DNA of 64,000 nt from an uncultured Spirochaetota bacterium (lineage in GTDB: Bacteria; Spirochaetota; Brevinematia; Brevinematales; JAOACQ01), in NCBI GenBank assembly GCA_963768055.1, contig CAVYGN010000002.1, forward strand, positions 1,824,112 to 1,888,111, written 5' to 3'. The notes beneath the pieces were generated by a model, which did not search any database, was not told the DNA's origin, and saw only the letters and a list, made by a program, of their open reading frames with translations. The translations under genes and the position numbers were made by a program. This document shows positions 10,212 to 19,870 of this stretch, one piece after another. The stretch's first letter is position 1; each line of letters starts with the position of its first letter.

Positions 10212-10952
10212 ATGTATTTCAGGCTTATTTTAACGGCATTCTTACTCCTTGCCTGCGAAACAATGACGGCGGAGAATTCTTCGCTTATATTTCTTAACAG
10301 GATACTATCCGGTAATGAACTTAATTTTGATAAAAATATAAAACGTATTTCGGGCGGAAGGTTTCTTCTCGTTGACGATCCTGCCAATTATGCCATATAT
10401 GAGATGCTCGAAAAACATATAAGGGCCTTTCAGAAGGATATAGAAAACCAATCCGATCTCATTTCATATTACAATTACCAGGAAGCGGTGATGGGGAATA
10501 TGGTAGATATTCTGCAAAGGATCCGAGAGCTTTTATTGAAAAGGGACGATCCTGTATTAAACGACAGCGACAGAGGCATAATTGACAACGAGATAAGTCA
10601 GGATTATGACCAGATAATATTCGATTTGAAACAGTCGGAATTCAACGGTAAACATATATTTGAAGAATTGTTCGACAGCGGGGCGGTTAAAAGCCTTTTT
10701 ACCGGAAAAGATTATTTCAGGCTTGATAATGTCGACAAACTGATCGACTACTTCATCTACCAGAGAACATTCGCCGGGGCCCGGGCTGGCAGTCTTTCTC
10801 ATGAGATATCGGGCGAGAGGACTGCAAAAGAAAATATGACAAAATCCCAGAGTGTTAACGACACTGATATAGCCCGGGAAACATCGGAACTTACCCTTGA
10901 TCATTTAAAAATAATAGTGAATCTTCTTATGCTCCATGAATCAAAAAACTGA
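10212..10952 (+). CDS. Divergent flagellin-like protein with predicted lipoprotein signal peptide
   Basis: DDPAN, ILQRIREL, DSDR, EFNGK (flagellin N region); ENMT..., DTDIARE (flagellin C region); N-terminus MYFRLILTAFLLLAC. Confidence 0.75.
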   Translation: MYFRLILTAFLLLACETMTAENSSLIFLNRILSGNELNFDKNIKRISGGRFLLVDDPANYAIYEMLEKHIRAFQKDIENQSDLISYYNYQEAVMGNMVDILQRIRELLLKRDDPVLNDSDRGIIDNEISQDYDQIIFDLKQSEFNGKHIFEELFDSGAVKSLFTGKDYFRLDNVDKLIDYFIYQRTFAGARAGSLSHEISGERTAKENMTKSQSVNDTDIARETSELTLDHLKIIVNLLMLHESKN

Positions 10953-10973
10953 TATTTGTCGGATTTAATGTTT

Positions 10974-12473
10974 TCATCCCAGAGCCGCTTTCTTTATCTG
11001 CTCCTCATAATAATTATTCAGGGTTTTTTCCATTGCGAACAGGTCCTGTTTTGTCTTAATTTTATATTTTTTTAAAATATCTTTTTCGATGAGAGAAAAA
11101 TAAATAGTCTGGTCCCTGACATGGGCCAGAATATTGGCTAAATAAACGATATGCACAAGGTCACTGGTCTCATCCGGAGATAAAAGGGGCTGATGATGGC
11201 AGTTAATAACATCCACGATATTGTCGGGGAAATTCCAATGCCTGGCTATATCGGCGCCGATCCTTGCGTGGGATAGTCCCATCGAAAGCCTCTCGATCAT
11301 ACTACAGTTGATGCCTTTATCGATGCAATGATTGCTTATTTTATCCATCAGGATAGGGTAGGCTGTTACAGCTATGATCTTTCCCATATCATGGAGAATC
11401 CCGCCGATATAAGCGTCATCCTGAAGATCGGTTCTTTTCATGTCATTGGCAAGGTGAAATGCATAAGAAGCCACGCGGTACGAATGCTGCCAGATTTCGT
11501 CCATTTTGCCGAATTTCTGGGATAATATATTCTGCGTCCCGTAAGAATAAAGCAGACTTTTAAGGCCCTTGACGCCGATAAGGGATATCGCGTTGGTTAT
11601 ATTGCTGACCTTCTGGGGGAGCATATACTGGGCTGAATTTACGATCCTGAGAAGCTCGGCTGTGAGCGTAAGATCGCTATGGATGACCGATGCAACCTTT
11701 GTGAACGCAACATCCCTGTCGGAGAGCATGCGTTCAAGCTCCTGAATTTTTTCCGGAAATATGGGGAGTTTGTTAATTTCAGCCAATATCAAATCTGAAA
11801 TATAATTGACCTGCATTTCTGTGACAGTATCAAGGTAAATATCGACGGAGACAACCGTTTCATTGTTTTTATCGTCTTTAACAACTTTATAAAAACTTTC
11901 ATCCAGCCCTATGCTTCTGAGCATGAGCATCGACGATATGAGGCCGAGGCCTGTTCCTTCCGTAACGTCGGTAAGCTTCTGATAAGCTTCGGCTATATCC
12001 CTGGTCTTTTTGGATTCATCGATCATATTCCTGATCCTTTCCATTTCCTGTTTTGTCGGTAAATTGCTGTTTTTAACAGTTATATTCAGGACATTGTTTT
12101 TCAATAAAAAAACCACTTTAGAATAAAGCGAATATTTTCCGAAATCGCGCTGGAGGACCTCAAGCTTGTCATGCAAATCCTTCGCAAAGGTTTCCATACC
12201 TTTCCGGTAATTTTCCGGATCGTCTATATTCAGGCTCAAAAACTTGAAATATACACGTTTTAAATTCGATTTATTTGCATTTGTAACGAATTCCCGGAGA
12301 AAATAAGAGGTCTCATCCATAAGGTTTTCTTTATTTATGCAATGTAAAATATATGCCAGGGCTTCCATGATAAATTCCGATTGTTCATGGGTAACAAAAT
12401 CGAACTTATACTCTATGGGATCGCCCCGGGTTATCGATTCGGATATTGAATCCAGATAATTAGCTATATCCAT
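10974..12473 (-). CDS. HDOD domain signalling protein with N-terminal HATPase-like region
   Basis: LLRIVNSA, HDMGK, HWNFP; N-terminal EFVTNA...GTGLGL. Confidence 0.85.
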   Translation of the reverse strand: MDIANYLDSISESITRGDPIEYKFDFVTHEQSEFIMEALAYILHCINKENLMDETSYFLREFVTNANKSNLKRVYFKFLSLNIDDPENYRKGMETFAKDLHDKLEVLQRDFGKYSLYSKVVFLLKNNVLNITVKNSNLPTKQEMERIRNMIDESKKTRDIAEAYQKLTDVTEGTGLGLISSMLMLRSIGLDESFYKVVKDDKNNETVVSVDIYLDTVTEMQVNYISDLILAEINKLPIFPEKIQELERMLSDRDVAFTKVASVIHSDLTLTAELLRIVNSAQYMLPQKVSNITNAISLIGVKGLKSLLYSYGTQNILSQKFGKMDEIWQHSYRVASYAFHLANDMKRTDLQDDAYIGGILHDMGKIIAVTAYPILMDKISNHCIDKGINCSMIERLSMGLSHARIGADIARHWNFPDNIVDVINCHHQPLLSPDETSDLVHIVYLANILAHVRDQTIYFSLIEKDILKKYKIKTKQDLFAMEKTLNNYYEEQIKKAALG

Positions 12474-12513
12474 ATGACCTCTTTATGCAGTTATTATTTT
12501 CGGCCGGGAAATT

Positions 12514-13080
12514 TTATAACATAACAGAGCTACCGCTCCTTCTATAAAGCTCATCTTTTAAAATACCGATATAGGGCAGATTACGGTAATTTTCAGCAAA
12601 ATCCAAGCCATACCCTACGACAAAAACATCCGGTATCTCAAACCCGTTATAATCGGGCTGAATGGAAATTTTCCGTTTCATCGGTTTATCAAGAAGGGTG
12701 CATATTTTTAACGATTTCGGACGTCTGGCCTTTAAATTTTCAAGAAGAAAATGAAGGGTAAGGCCTGTATCTACGATATCCTCGATGATAAGCACATGCT
12801 CCCCTTCGATATCGAGGTCGAGGTCCTTTTGTATTCTGACAGTTCCTATCGATTCCGTAGAGGGACCGTAACTTGATACGGCTATAAGGTCATATTTAAG
12901 CTTTAGGCGGACCGTTCTCATAAGGTCGGCCATAAATGTCAGGGCGCCCTTGAGGATCCCTACAAGTACAGGGTTCCTGCCTTTATAATCCTCCGTGATT
13001 TCGTTACCGATTTCAAATACCCTTTTCCGGATCAAATCTTCAGGCAGAATAATTTTTTCAAGATCGGATATCATTTCCAT
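12514..13080 (-). CDS. hpt: Hypoxanthine phosphoribosyltransferase
   Basis: ILKGA, IIEDIVDTGLT and FVVGYGLD..YRNLPYI motifs. Confidence 0.95.
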   Translation of the reverse strand: MEMISDLEKIILPEDLIRKRVFEIGNEITEDYKGRNPVLVGILKGALTFMADLMRTVRLKLKYDLIAVSSYGPSTESIGTVRIQKDLDLDIEGEHVLIIEDIVDTGLTLHFLLENLKARRPKSLKICTLLDKPMKRKISIQPDYNGFEIPDVFVVGYGLDFAENYRNLPYIGILKDELYRRSGSSVML

Positions 13081-13092
13081 CTCCTGAAAATC

Positions 13093-13794
13093 TTATTTTA
13101 AGGATTCATCGCCGTCAGTAAACTGACAGTAGATATGGTTCCCGTTGCAGAAGGGTTTATTGTCGGATTTACCGCACCTGCAAAGCGTAACACGGTTTCT
13201 TGCCTCGTATGGAATACCGCCACGGGATTCGATTTTCACATATCCCTTGACCCATATAGGACCGCTCACGTGATGCACCGGATCTTCAACAAGGCTTATC
13301 GAAGGGGTGAAATCCGGTTCATAAGGCGTCCCTTTTATTTTGTCCCAGGCAACCAGCCTGCCTGAAGGGCAATCGCAGGCTTCCTGAATGGCCATATCAC
13401 GGGATTTTTTATCCTCCGAACGCTCGGTAAGGTTCCATGTGTCTCCGTCCCTGTGACAGAACAGGGCGATTGCGCAAAGTTTTTCGTCGTCCGTTAATAC
13501 CAGTCCGGGTCCCGTGTATTTATCCGCGGTTTCCAAATACGGTTTTCTTAACGCTGTTTCATTCCCGTCAAAACCAGCTTTATTATGTTCGCCATCGCAG
13601 AAAGGCATTTTTTTTGAGGCACCGCAGCGGCAGAGGGAATAATTTTCCTTTAATGGAAATGATTCGCCTTTTTTCCAGCTAACAGGTATTCCTTCGGCAT
13701 CGGGCACTATGATTTCCTTTTCAAGCGGCAGTCCCCCTGAAATTATATATGGACCGTTTTTACTGATTAAAACCTTTGCCTCACTCTTTTCCAT
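13093..13794 (-). CDS. CDGSH iron-sulfur domain protein
   Basis: LCRCGASKKMPFCDGEH and LCRCGKSDNKPFCNGNH motifs, plus CPSGRL. Confidence 0.9.
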   Translation of the reverse strand: MEKSEAKVLISKNGPYIISGGLPLEKEIIVPDAEGIPVSWKKGESFPLKENYSLCRCGASKKMPFCDGEHNKAGFDGNETALRKPYLETADKYTGPGLVLTDDEKLCAIALFCHRDGDTWNLTERSEDKKSRDMAIQEACDCPSGRLVAWDKIKGTPYEPDFTPSISLVEDPVHHVSGPIWVKGYVKIESRGGIPYEARNRVTLCRCGKSDNKPFCNGNHIYCQFTDGDESLK

Positions 13795-13816
13795 ACAATT
13801 TCCTTACCATAGTCAA

Positions 13817-14284
13817 TTAGTCCTGTGTTTTATGACCCGAAATGGTGAAATTACCGCAGGAATTTTTTGCAGGGTCGTAAACCATGCTCCAGGAATAAAA
13901 ATCCGTGTCATCGGTCAATACCTGTTCCGTTTTCCATTGTTTAACATTCATCCGTCTGTCAAAAAAGTTGCAAAAGATCTTTCTGGCTCCGGCATTTATT
14001 ATTCCTGCGAATTGAACGCGGAAAAGTCCCCGGTTTACAAGTATGAAATTCATTTCGGGATGATTGTTTAAAGACTGGGCGACATATTTGAAAGCTGCAT
14101 TCAAGGCTAATGCAGCCTCATTGTAGCCGGGTATCCATATATCGTCGTATTTTTCGTAAATATGGTTTTTATCTTTCAGAATTGCCCAATCTTTCGGTTC
14201 AATGGGATATGACGAGGCGTAAACACTCCTGATTATACATAATATAAGAGCGGGCGCTAATAAAAGACCCGGCATAAACCTCAC
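13817..14284 (-). CDS. Hypothetical exported protein
   Basis: Signal-peptide-like N-terminus; overlaps the upstream stop codon. Confidence 0.65.
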   Translation of the reverse strand: MRFMPGLLLAPALILCIIRSVYASSYPIEPKDWAILKDKNHIYEKYDDIWIPGYNEAALALNAAFKYVAQSLNNHPEMNFILVNRGLFRVQFAGIINAGARKIFCNFFDRRMNVKQWKTEQVLTDDTDFYSWSMVYDPAKNSCGNFTISGHKTQD

Positions 14285-15576
14285 AAGGGCGCCTGCCAGT
14301 TTTTCATACCGCCGAACACATCAAGGAGTATATCAGCGCAGGCATCCAGTTGTTTTTTTGTATGATAGGAGGAGATTGATAATCTCAGCCGCGTCCGCTT
14401 ATTTGAAACGGCCGGATAGGTGACCATACCCGTGAACAGTCCTTTTTCCATAACTCTCTTACTTATCTCGCGCAGGCGTAAATCGCTGCCTGCTATGACC
14501 GGTATGACCTGGGATTTGGTATCGCCGATATCCAGGCCGCAGTCTTTAAGTTTTTTATGCATGTACCTGGTATTTTTCCAGAGCTTGTCTTTTTCGGATT
14601 TATCTTTGGTGAAAATTTCAAGGACCTTCAGTATGCCTGCGGCTGTATGGGGGGCCATCGCGCAGGAAAAAACATAAGAGCGGGCCAGCATCCGCATATA
14701 ATTGATCAGCTTGCGGTCGGCCGCGGCGAAACCACCGATAGCTCCGAACGACTTGCTGAAAGTACCGACCGTTATATCGATTTCATCCTCTACTCCGAAA
14801 TGCTCGGCTACTCCCCTGCCGTTTTCCCCGAAAATAAGAGTAGCATGGGCCTCGTCGAGCAGGATCTTCGCCCCATACTTTTTACAAACCTTGACGAGCT
14901 CAGGAAGGTCGGCCAGGTCACCGTCCATGCTGTAAACGCTTTCGAGGCAGACAATGACCCTCTTTTTCCCCAATCCTCTGAGTACCTTGTCGAGGTGTTT
15001 GGCGTTGTTATGGCTGAAAACCTTGATATCCGCTCCGGCGAGCTTCGCACCGTCATAGCTGGAAGCATGGGATAAAATATCCAGCACTGCCACGTCCCCG
15101 GTCTTTAAAAGGCATGAGAGGACCCCAAGGTTAGAGGCATAACCGGTCGGGAAAATCATGACATCTTCTTTCTTTTTAAACGCAGCGACGGCTTCCTCGA
15201 GCTTCCTGGTTATATCGTAATAACCGCTGAACAGGGGTGCTGAAACTGCTCCAGTACCGTATTTTGCCACAGCATTTTGAACTTCCTTGATCACTTCCGG
15301 ATGATAAGAATATCCCAGGTAATTATAGGCGCAAAAATTAAGAAATTTCCTCACCGAGTTTGTGTTTCTGTCAAAGACGTCGAATTCCGCTATCGGGGCG
15401 GACATAATAGGGCTTTGATACGGGAAGTATTTTTTATCCTTCGCGTCTTTAACCATTTCCCAGAAATAATCTTTAACGGCGAAAAGATCGTCGCTTTCAA
15501 ACTCTGCGAAATCAGCCAATGAATAATTATTTGAATCAAGGTTCCTGATATCCATGTCTTTAGTGCCTAAACCCAT
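14281..15576 (-). CDS. PLP-dependent alpha-oxoamine synthase (AONS/KBL/SPT family)
   Basis: YNYLG, SHAS, SMDGD, DEAH and GTFSKSFG motifs. Confidence 0.88.
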   Translation of the reverse strand: MGLGTKDMDIRNLDSNNYSLADFAEFESDDLFAVKDYFWEMVKDAKDKKYFPYQSPIMSAPIAEFDVFDRNTNSVRKFLNFCAYNYLGYSYHPEVIKEVQNAVAKYGTGAVSAPLFSGYYDITRKLEEAVAAFKKKEDVMIFPTGYASNLGVLSCLLKTGDVAVLDILSHASSYDGAKLAGADIKVFSHNNAKHLDKVLRGLGKKRVIVCLESVYSMDGDLADLPELVKVCKKYGAKILLDEAHATLIFGENGRGVAEHFGVEDEIDITVGTFSKSFGAIGGFAAADRKLINYMRMLARSYVFSCAMAPHTAAGILKVLEIFTKDKSEKDKLWKNTRYMHKKLKDCGLDIGDTKSQVIPVIAGSDLRLREISKRVMEKGLFTGMVTYPAVSNKRTRLRLSISSYHTKKQLDACADILLDVFGGMKNWQAPL

Positions 15577-15729
15577 GACTAACCCTCCAAAAAAAAGATA
15601 ATACGTTTGCTAATGACGCCGGATATTCCGGCATCCGCAAGGCGGTAGTCCTGAAAAACCCTTCTATTTTAACATATTTTGAGGGAAATTGAAAGCTTAT
15701 CTAAAATATTCAATCAGAACGGATTCTCA

Positions 15730-16992
15730 CTATGCATAAGATTGTTGGAGGCATTGGTTGCCATTTTCCTGGGCCCAGCAAATCCCGTCAAGGGATGCTG
15801 CGTTGTATTTATCCATGGATATATTCATCTCATTTAATATAGAGGCGACAGCGGAAAAATTATTCTCCTCGCTATTCTCAACAAGAAGAAGGAGCCTTCC
15901 GAGGATGTTTTTATGCTCGAGCAGGGCTTCGTTAATGTTCTGGCTTAAATTAAGTTCGGAAAGGATCTCTTTCAGGGGCATCTTGAACAGCGGTTCCATG
16001 AGAGAGAGCAAGCCTACCAGGTATGCTTCATCGACCATCGATTTGCCGATATCGGTCTTTGAATTTTTTAATAAGAGTTCCATCGTCTTCGCCCTTTCAA
16101 TGGCGGCGAATAACAGGGGATTGCCGTTCGATTTCTCTTTCATGTACGCGTATTCCATAAGGATAAGCCAGTTTAATAGTTGCCTGTGTCCGAGCAGAGC
16201 TATGGCCTGCCTTATAGACTCGATCTTGTGCCTGCTTCCTATGGCCGCCGAATTGATGAATTGCAGAAGATTAATCGTCATTTCAGGCCATTTTTTAAAT
16301 GATCTTTCCAGGTCTTCAATATCCGAGTCCTTATAGATAAGGCTGATCAATTCCATTATGGCAAGTTTCCGTGGATCGACGCCCCTGCCCTTTATTATCG
16401 TAGGCCTGGCGAAGAAATAACCCTGAAAGAGGGTAAAACCCAGGTCCTTATAATAGAAAAATTCCTCCATATCCTCGATCTTTTCGGCGAGGCATTCGAC
16501 AGGATAAGATTTAAACATCCTGAACTTTGAAGCGATCAATTCCTTCGAATTCTGCCTGACATCGACTTTTATATAAGCCACCTTTCCGAAAAGGGGTTCG
16601 AAGCGTTTTATAATATCCTCATTGAATACGAAATCGTCGAGAGCAAAAACGAACCCTTCCTGCTTCATGTTATCTATCATTTCAAGGAGTACCGGGTCTA
16701 TCCTGGTAGTTTCAAGTATCTCGAGGACAAAACGGTCTTTCTGCAGAGTTTTCAGAAGGTCTCTTTTTATTATTTCATCGTTTATATTAATAAATGCGAG
16801 CTTGTCTCCCATGAGCTTGGAGAAACTGATATTGTTCAAGGTATTTACAATAACCGTAGCTGTAGCCACAAGATCATCCGTGACCTTTGCAAAATTATTT
16901 TCATCCTTCCTGAAGAGTAACTCGAAACCGACGATATTCTGCGCACAGTCCAAAATTGGCTGTCTGCCCAATAATATATTGCCAGCGTTCAT
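15730..16992 (-). CDS. EAL + modified HD-GYP (HDOD) domain protein, YuxH-like
   Basis: RQPI..FELLFR, ALDDF, AEKIE and FQGYFF motifs, then HDOD region. Confidence 0.9.
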   Translation of the reverse strand: MNAGNILLGRQPILDCAQNIVGFELLFRKDENNFAKVTDDLVATATVIVNTLNNISFSKLMGDKLAFININDEIIKRDLLKTLQKDRFVLEILETTRIDPVLLEMIDNMKQEGFVFALDDFVFNEDIIKRFEPLFGKVAYIKVDVRQNSKELIASKFRMFKSYPVECLAEKIEDMEEFFYYKDLGFTLFQGYFFARPTIIKGRGVDPRKLAIMELISLIYKDSDIEDLERSFKKWPEMTINLLQFINSAAIGSRHKIESIRQAIALLGHRQLLNWLILMEYAYMKEKSNGNPLLFAAIERAKTMELLLKNSKTDIGKSMVDEAYLVGLLSLMEPLFKMPLKEILSELNLSQNINEALLEHKNILGRLLLLVENSEENNFSAVASILNEMNISMDKYNAASLDGICWAQENGNQCLQQSYA

Positions 16993-17238
16993 AAGAAAGT
17001 AACCCGCCTCTTTTCAAGACTATTCTTGAATAGCAACAGAAATACATCAAAATCAACTCAACTAAATATAATTTAAGATATTAAAAATGGCAATAAAAGA
17101 GGGGAATAGAGATATGTTTATTCTTCACTTTAACTGAACTTATGCTGATTTGCAGTATTTTCCCTGTAATTTGTTTTTTTAATTATTAGTTTTTATAATG
17201 AGAGTTGGTCATTAGGAGCCTTTTTATATTTATAAGAC

Positions 17239-17310
17239 GGGGATGTAGCTCAGCGGGAGAGCATTGCGTTCGCAACGCAGGGGCCGGGGGTTCAAATCCC
17301 CTCATCTCCA
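17239..17310 (+). tRNA. tRNA-Ala (anticodon CGC), CCA not encoded; island integration site
   Basis: Cloverleaf GGGGATG...CATCTCC-A with G3:U70, anticodon loop TT-CGC-AA, T arm GGTTCAAATCC. Confidence 0.95.
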
Positions 17311-17394
17311 GAGTTACTTTTCAGTAATTCCTTTCATTACAATCGGTTGTAAAATCGCAGGATTCGCTGTGTACATTTTGTGTACAATTTGTAA
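17296..17394 (+). other. attL-like site: core plus arm-type repeats
   Basis: Core ATCCCCTCATCTCCA, then TAATTCCTTTCATTACAA, then TGTGTAC x2 at 11-bp period and TTTGTAA. Confidence 0.7.
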
Positions 17395-17421
17395 CCACTC
17401 AATTCGTATTGGGAGGTTACC

Positions 17422-18483
17422 ATGGGGCTCATTAAAAGATCGAACGGAATATATTATGTTCGAATCAAGAGAAGCGGAATCCTGACAATGTTCAGCCTGA
17501 GAACCAGAAACAACCATCTGGCAAACGATCTGTATCAAGCATATCTGGTTCAACAATTGAGATCAAATATCGCTCCTTCGGCTTTTAAAAAAGTAAAAGC
17601 AGCTGGCTCACGACAGGAAAAAAAGAAAGATACTCCTTATACAAATCAGTTAAAACATACGTTTGAATCCATTTGGAACGAATATTTCCAGGCAAAGATG
17701 GCAAGTAAACTCTCCAAATCGCAGTTGGGTATAAAAAAACAAGTTTTTCGTCATTTGAAGGAATTTAAACTTTACAAGGTAGAAGGGATAAACCAAGCTT
17801 TTCTAAATCAACTTTTCATATCATATAGAAGCAAATATACTGAAGACACAATCCGAAAATTCGTCGCGGAATTAAAATGCTTCCTGAATTATTGCATCAA
17901 AAACGATGTATTTTCAGACAGGGAATATCACAAACTTACTTTTCCTAAAGTAATCACAAAGGTGAGAGACACATTGATTAAAAGGGATGACATAGAGAAG
18001 ATCCTTGAATACCTTAGACAAAATGATGAAGATTTCTATACTTATTTTTTAAATCTTTTAAACCTTTACGGCCGACCAAATGAAATTCCAGGTCTTCAGA
18101 AAAAGAATTTCAACTTCAATGAAAAGCTTTGTAAAGTGTATATGAATAAAACCCGGAAAGAGAAAACAGTTGTTTTGACGGACCAGAACTTTATAAACTA
18201 TATGAGGCAAATGACTGATTGTCTAAACGATGATGATTATATACTTAAAGGCCATAACCAGGGGCCAAGTTACTATCCAAATAAATTCAGGCGGCTTAAA
18301 GAAAAACTCAACTTGAATAGGAACTACTTCTTGTACAGTGTAAGGCACACTGTTTCAAGTTTATTATATGAAAAAACAAAGGATATAAAGTTTCTTACAA
18401 ACCAGTTGGGAAATGAAGAGAAAATTCTTATTAAACACTACATTAACACCAATCTTGAGGATTTTAAAAAATATTTAGTTTGA
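17422..18483 (+). CDS. Tyrosine recombinase/integrase Int1
   Basis: N-terminal beta arm-binding-like segment; GRPNE (R), NKT (K), YSVRH, LGN, KHY. Confidence 0.9.
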   Translation: MGLIKRSNGIYYVRIKRSGILTMFSLRTRNNHLANDLYQAYLVQQLRSNIAPSAFKKVKAAGSRQEKKKDTPYTNQLKHTFESIWNEYFQAKMASKLSKSQLGIKKQVFRHLKEFKLYKVEGINQAFLNQLFISYRSKYTEDTIRKFVAELKCFLNYCIKNDVFSDREYHKLTFPKVITKVRDTLIKRDDIEKILEYLRQNDEDFYTYFLNLLNLYGRPNEIPGLQKKNFNFNEKLCKVYMNKTRKEKTVVLTDQNFINYMRQMTDCLNDDDYILKGHNQGPSYYPNKFRRLKEKLNLNRNYFLYSVRHTVSSLLYEKTKDIKFLTNQLGNEEKILIKHYINTNLEDFKKYLV

Positions 18484-18720
18484 GGTAAGAAACTCTAAGG
18501 TCTTATATTTATCCGGCAAGATATTCTGGATCATCCCTTCCAAACATCTCTTCAAGTTCAATATGGCTATTTGTCTTCATTAAAAATAATTAAAATATTT
18601 AAAAAAATTTTTATTTGTATACAATTAAATGAAATATCACTATTTTTGCCCAAAAATATATACTTTTTTATAACTATCTCAATTTATATTTAGATATAAG
18701 AGGGAATGGTTTCTTAAAAA

Positions 18721-19800
18721 ATGGAAAAGAAAAGAAGATATTCTAGAAGGTCACATCATAGAAATTTATTTCTTAGAAATGGAATCTATCAATTTAAAAA
18801 AATGATTAATGGACAATTGATTCGGTTTTCATTATGGACTAATAATTTATCTTTGGCCGAAAACTTACGGGATATTATTCTTAAGGAACGATTTTCTGAG
18901 TTTAGGAAATTAAAAGATAATAAATCACTTAAAAAAGCTCAAGAATTAGATCTAATTAATAAAAGAACCGAAAATTTGGAACAGGTTTGGAATGAATATT
19001 TTAAATTTAAAGAATTGGAAAACTTATCAACTTCACAAATGAATATTAAAAGAAAAGTTTTCCAAGACTTTTTGAAAAATCAAATTACATCAATTGATGA
19101 TTTTACTCAGTCGAATATTAATAATCTTATGAGTATTTATAAGAAAAAATACCATGATGACAGTACAAAAAAATATGTTTCGGAAATCAAATGTTTTCTA
19201 AATTTTTGTGTCAGAAGTGGTTACTTTACTCGTGAAAACTATGACCGATTATCCTGGCCAAAATTACGAACAAAAGTAAATTCAACTGTAATCTCAAAAT
19301 CTGATCTCGAAAAGATTTTTAAATATACCAAACAAAATGATAAGGATTTCTTTTTTTATCTGCAAGCGCTTTATTTTTTGAGTTGTAGGCCTTCAGAGGT
19401 TTTGGCACTTAAAAATGAAAATTTTGATTTTTCAATGTGGACTTGTAAAATCTGGATGAATAAAACAAAAAAGTTCAAAAATGTTCTTATTGTTAATAAT
19501 GAGTTTTGCCAACTACTTATAGAATATTTTCAGAATAAAACTAATGATTATCTCTGTGAACGTCATGAATCAAAGGAATATTATAGTAAAAAGTTTAAAC
19601 AGTTGAAAATTCAATTGGGATTAAATTCAAGTTACACCCTTTACAGTTTTCGGAAAAGCTCAGCTTCGCATTTATTTGAAAATACAAAAGATATAAAGTT
19701 TGTATCAAATCAATTGGGAGATAACCAAGCTATGGCAATGAAACACTATATTCATTTTGATACAAATCAATATTTGCAAAAGTATCAAAATAGTCTTTGA
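18721..19800 (+). CDS. Tyrosine recombinase/integrase Int2, paralogue of Int1
   Basis: CRPSE, NKT, YSFRK, LGD, KHY; shared blocks with Int1 (KCFLN, TKDIKF, NQLG). Confidence 0.9.
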   Translation: MEKKRRYSRRSHHRNLFLRNGIYQFKKMINGQLIRFSLWTNNLSLAENLRDIILKERFSEFRKLKDNKSLKKAQELDLINKRTENLEQVWNEYFKFKELENLSTSQMNIKRKVFQDFLKNQITSIDDFTQSNINNLMSIYKKKYHDDSTKKYVSEIKCFLNFCVRSGYFTRENYDRLSWPKLRTKVNSTVISKSDLEKIFKYTKQNDKDFFFYLQALYFLSCRPSEVLALKNENFDFSMWTCKIWMNKTKKFKNVLIVNNEFCQLLIEYFQNKTNDYLCERHESKEYYSKKFKQLKIQLGLNSSYTLYSFRKSSASHLFENTKDIKFVSNQLGDNQAMAMKHYIHFDTNQYLQKYQNSL

Positions 19801-19870
19801 TTTTTAGAAATGTCAGTCATTTAAATTTTATGAGAAGTATAAATATTAACAATAAGGAGGGTAAAAAACA

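Noticed and set aside
17264..17556. Short ORFs overlapping the tRNA and int1, and the matching ORF at 62493-62708
   Set aside because: Shadow frames of the tRNA and integrase sequence.
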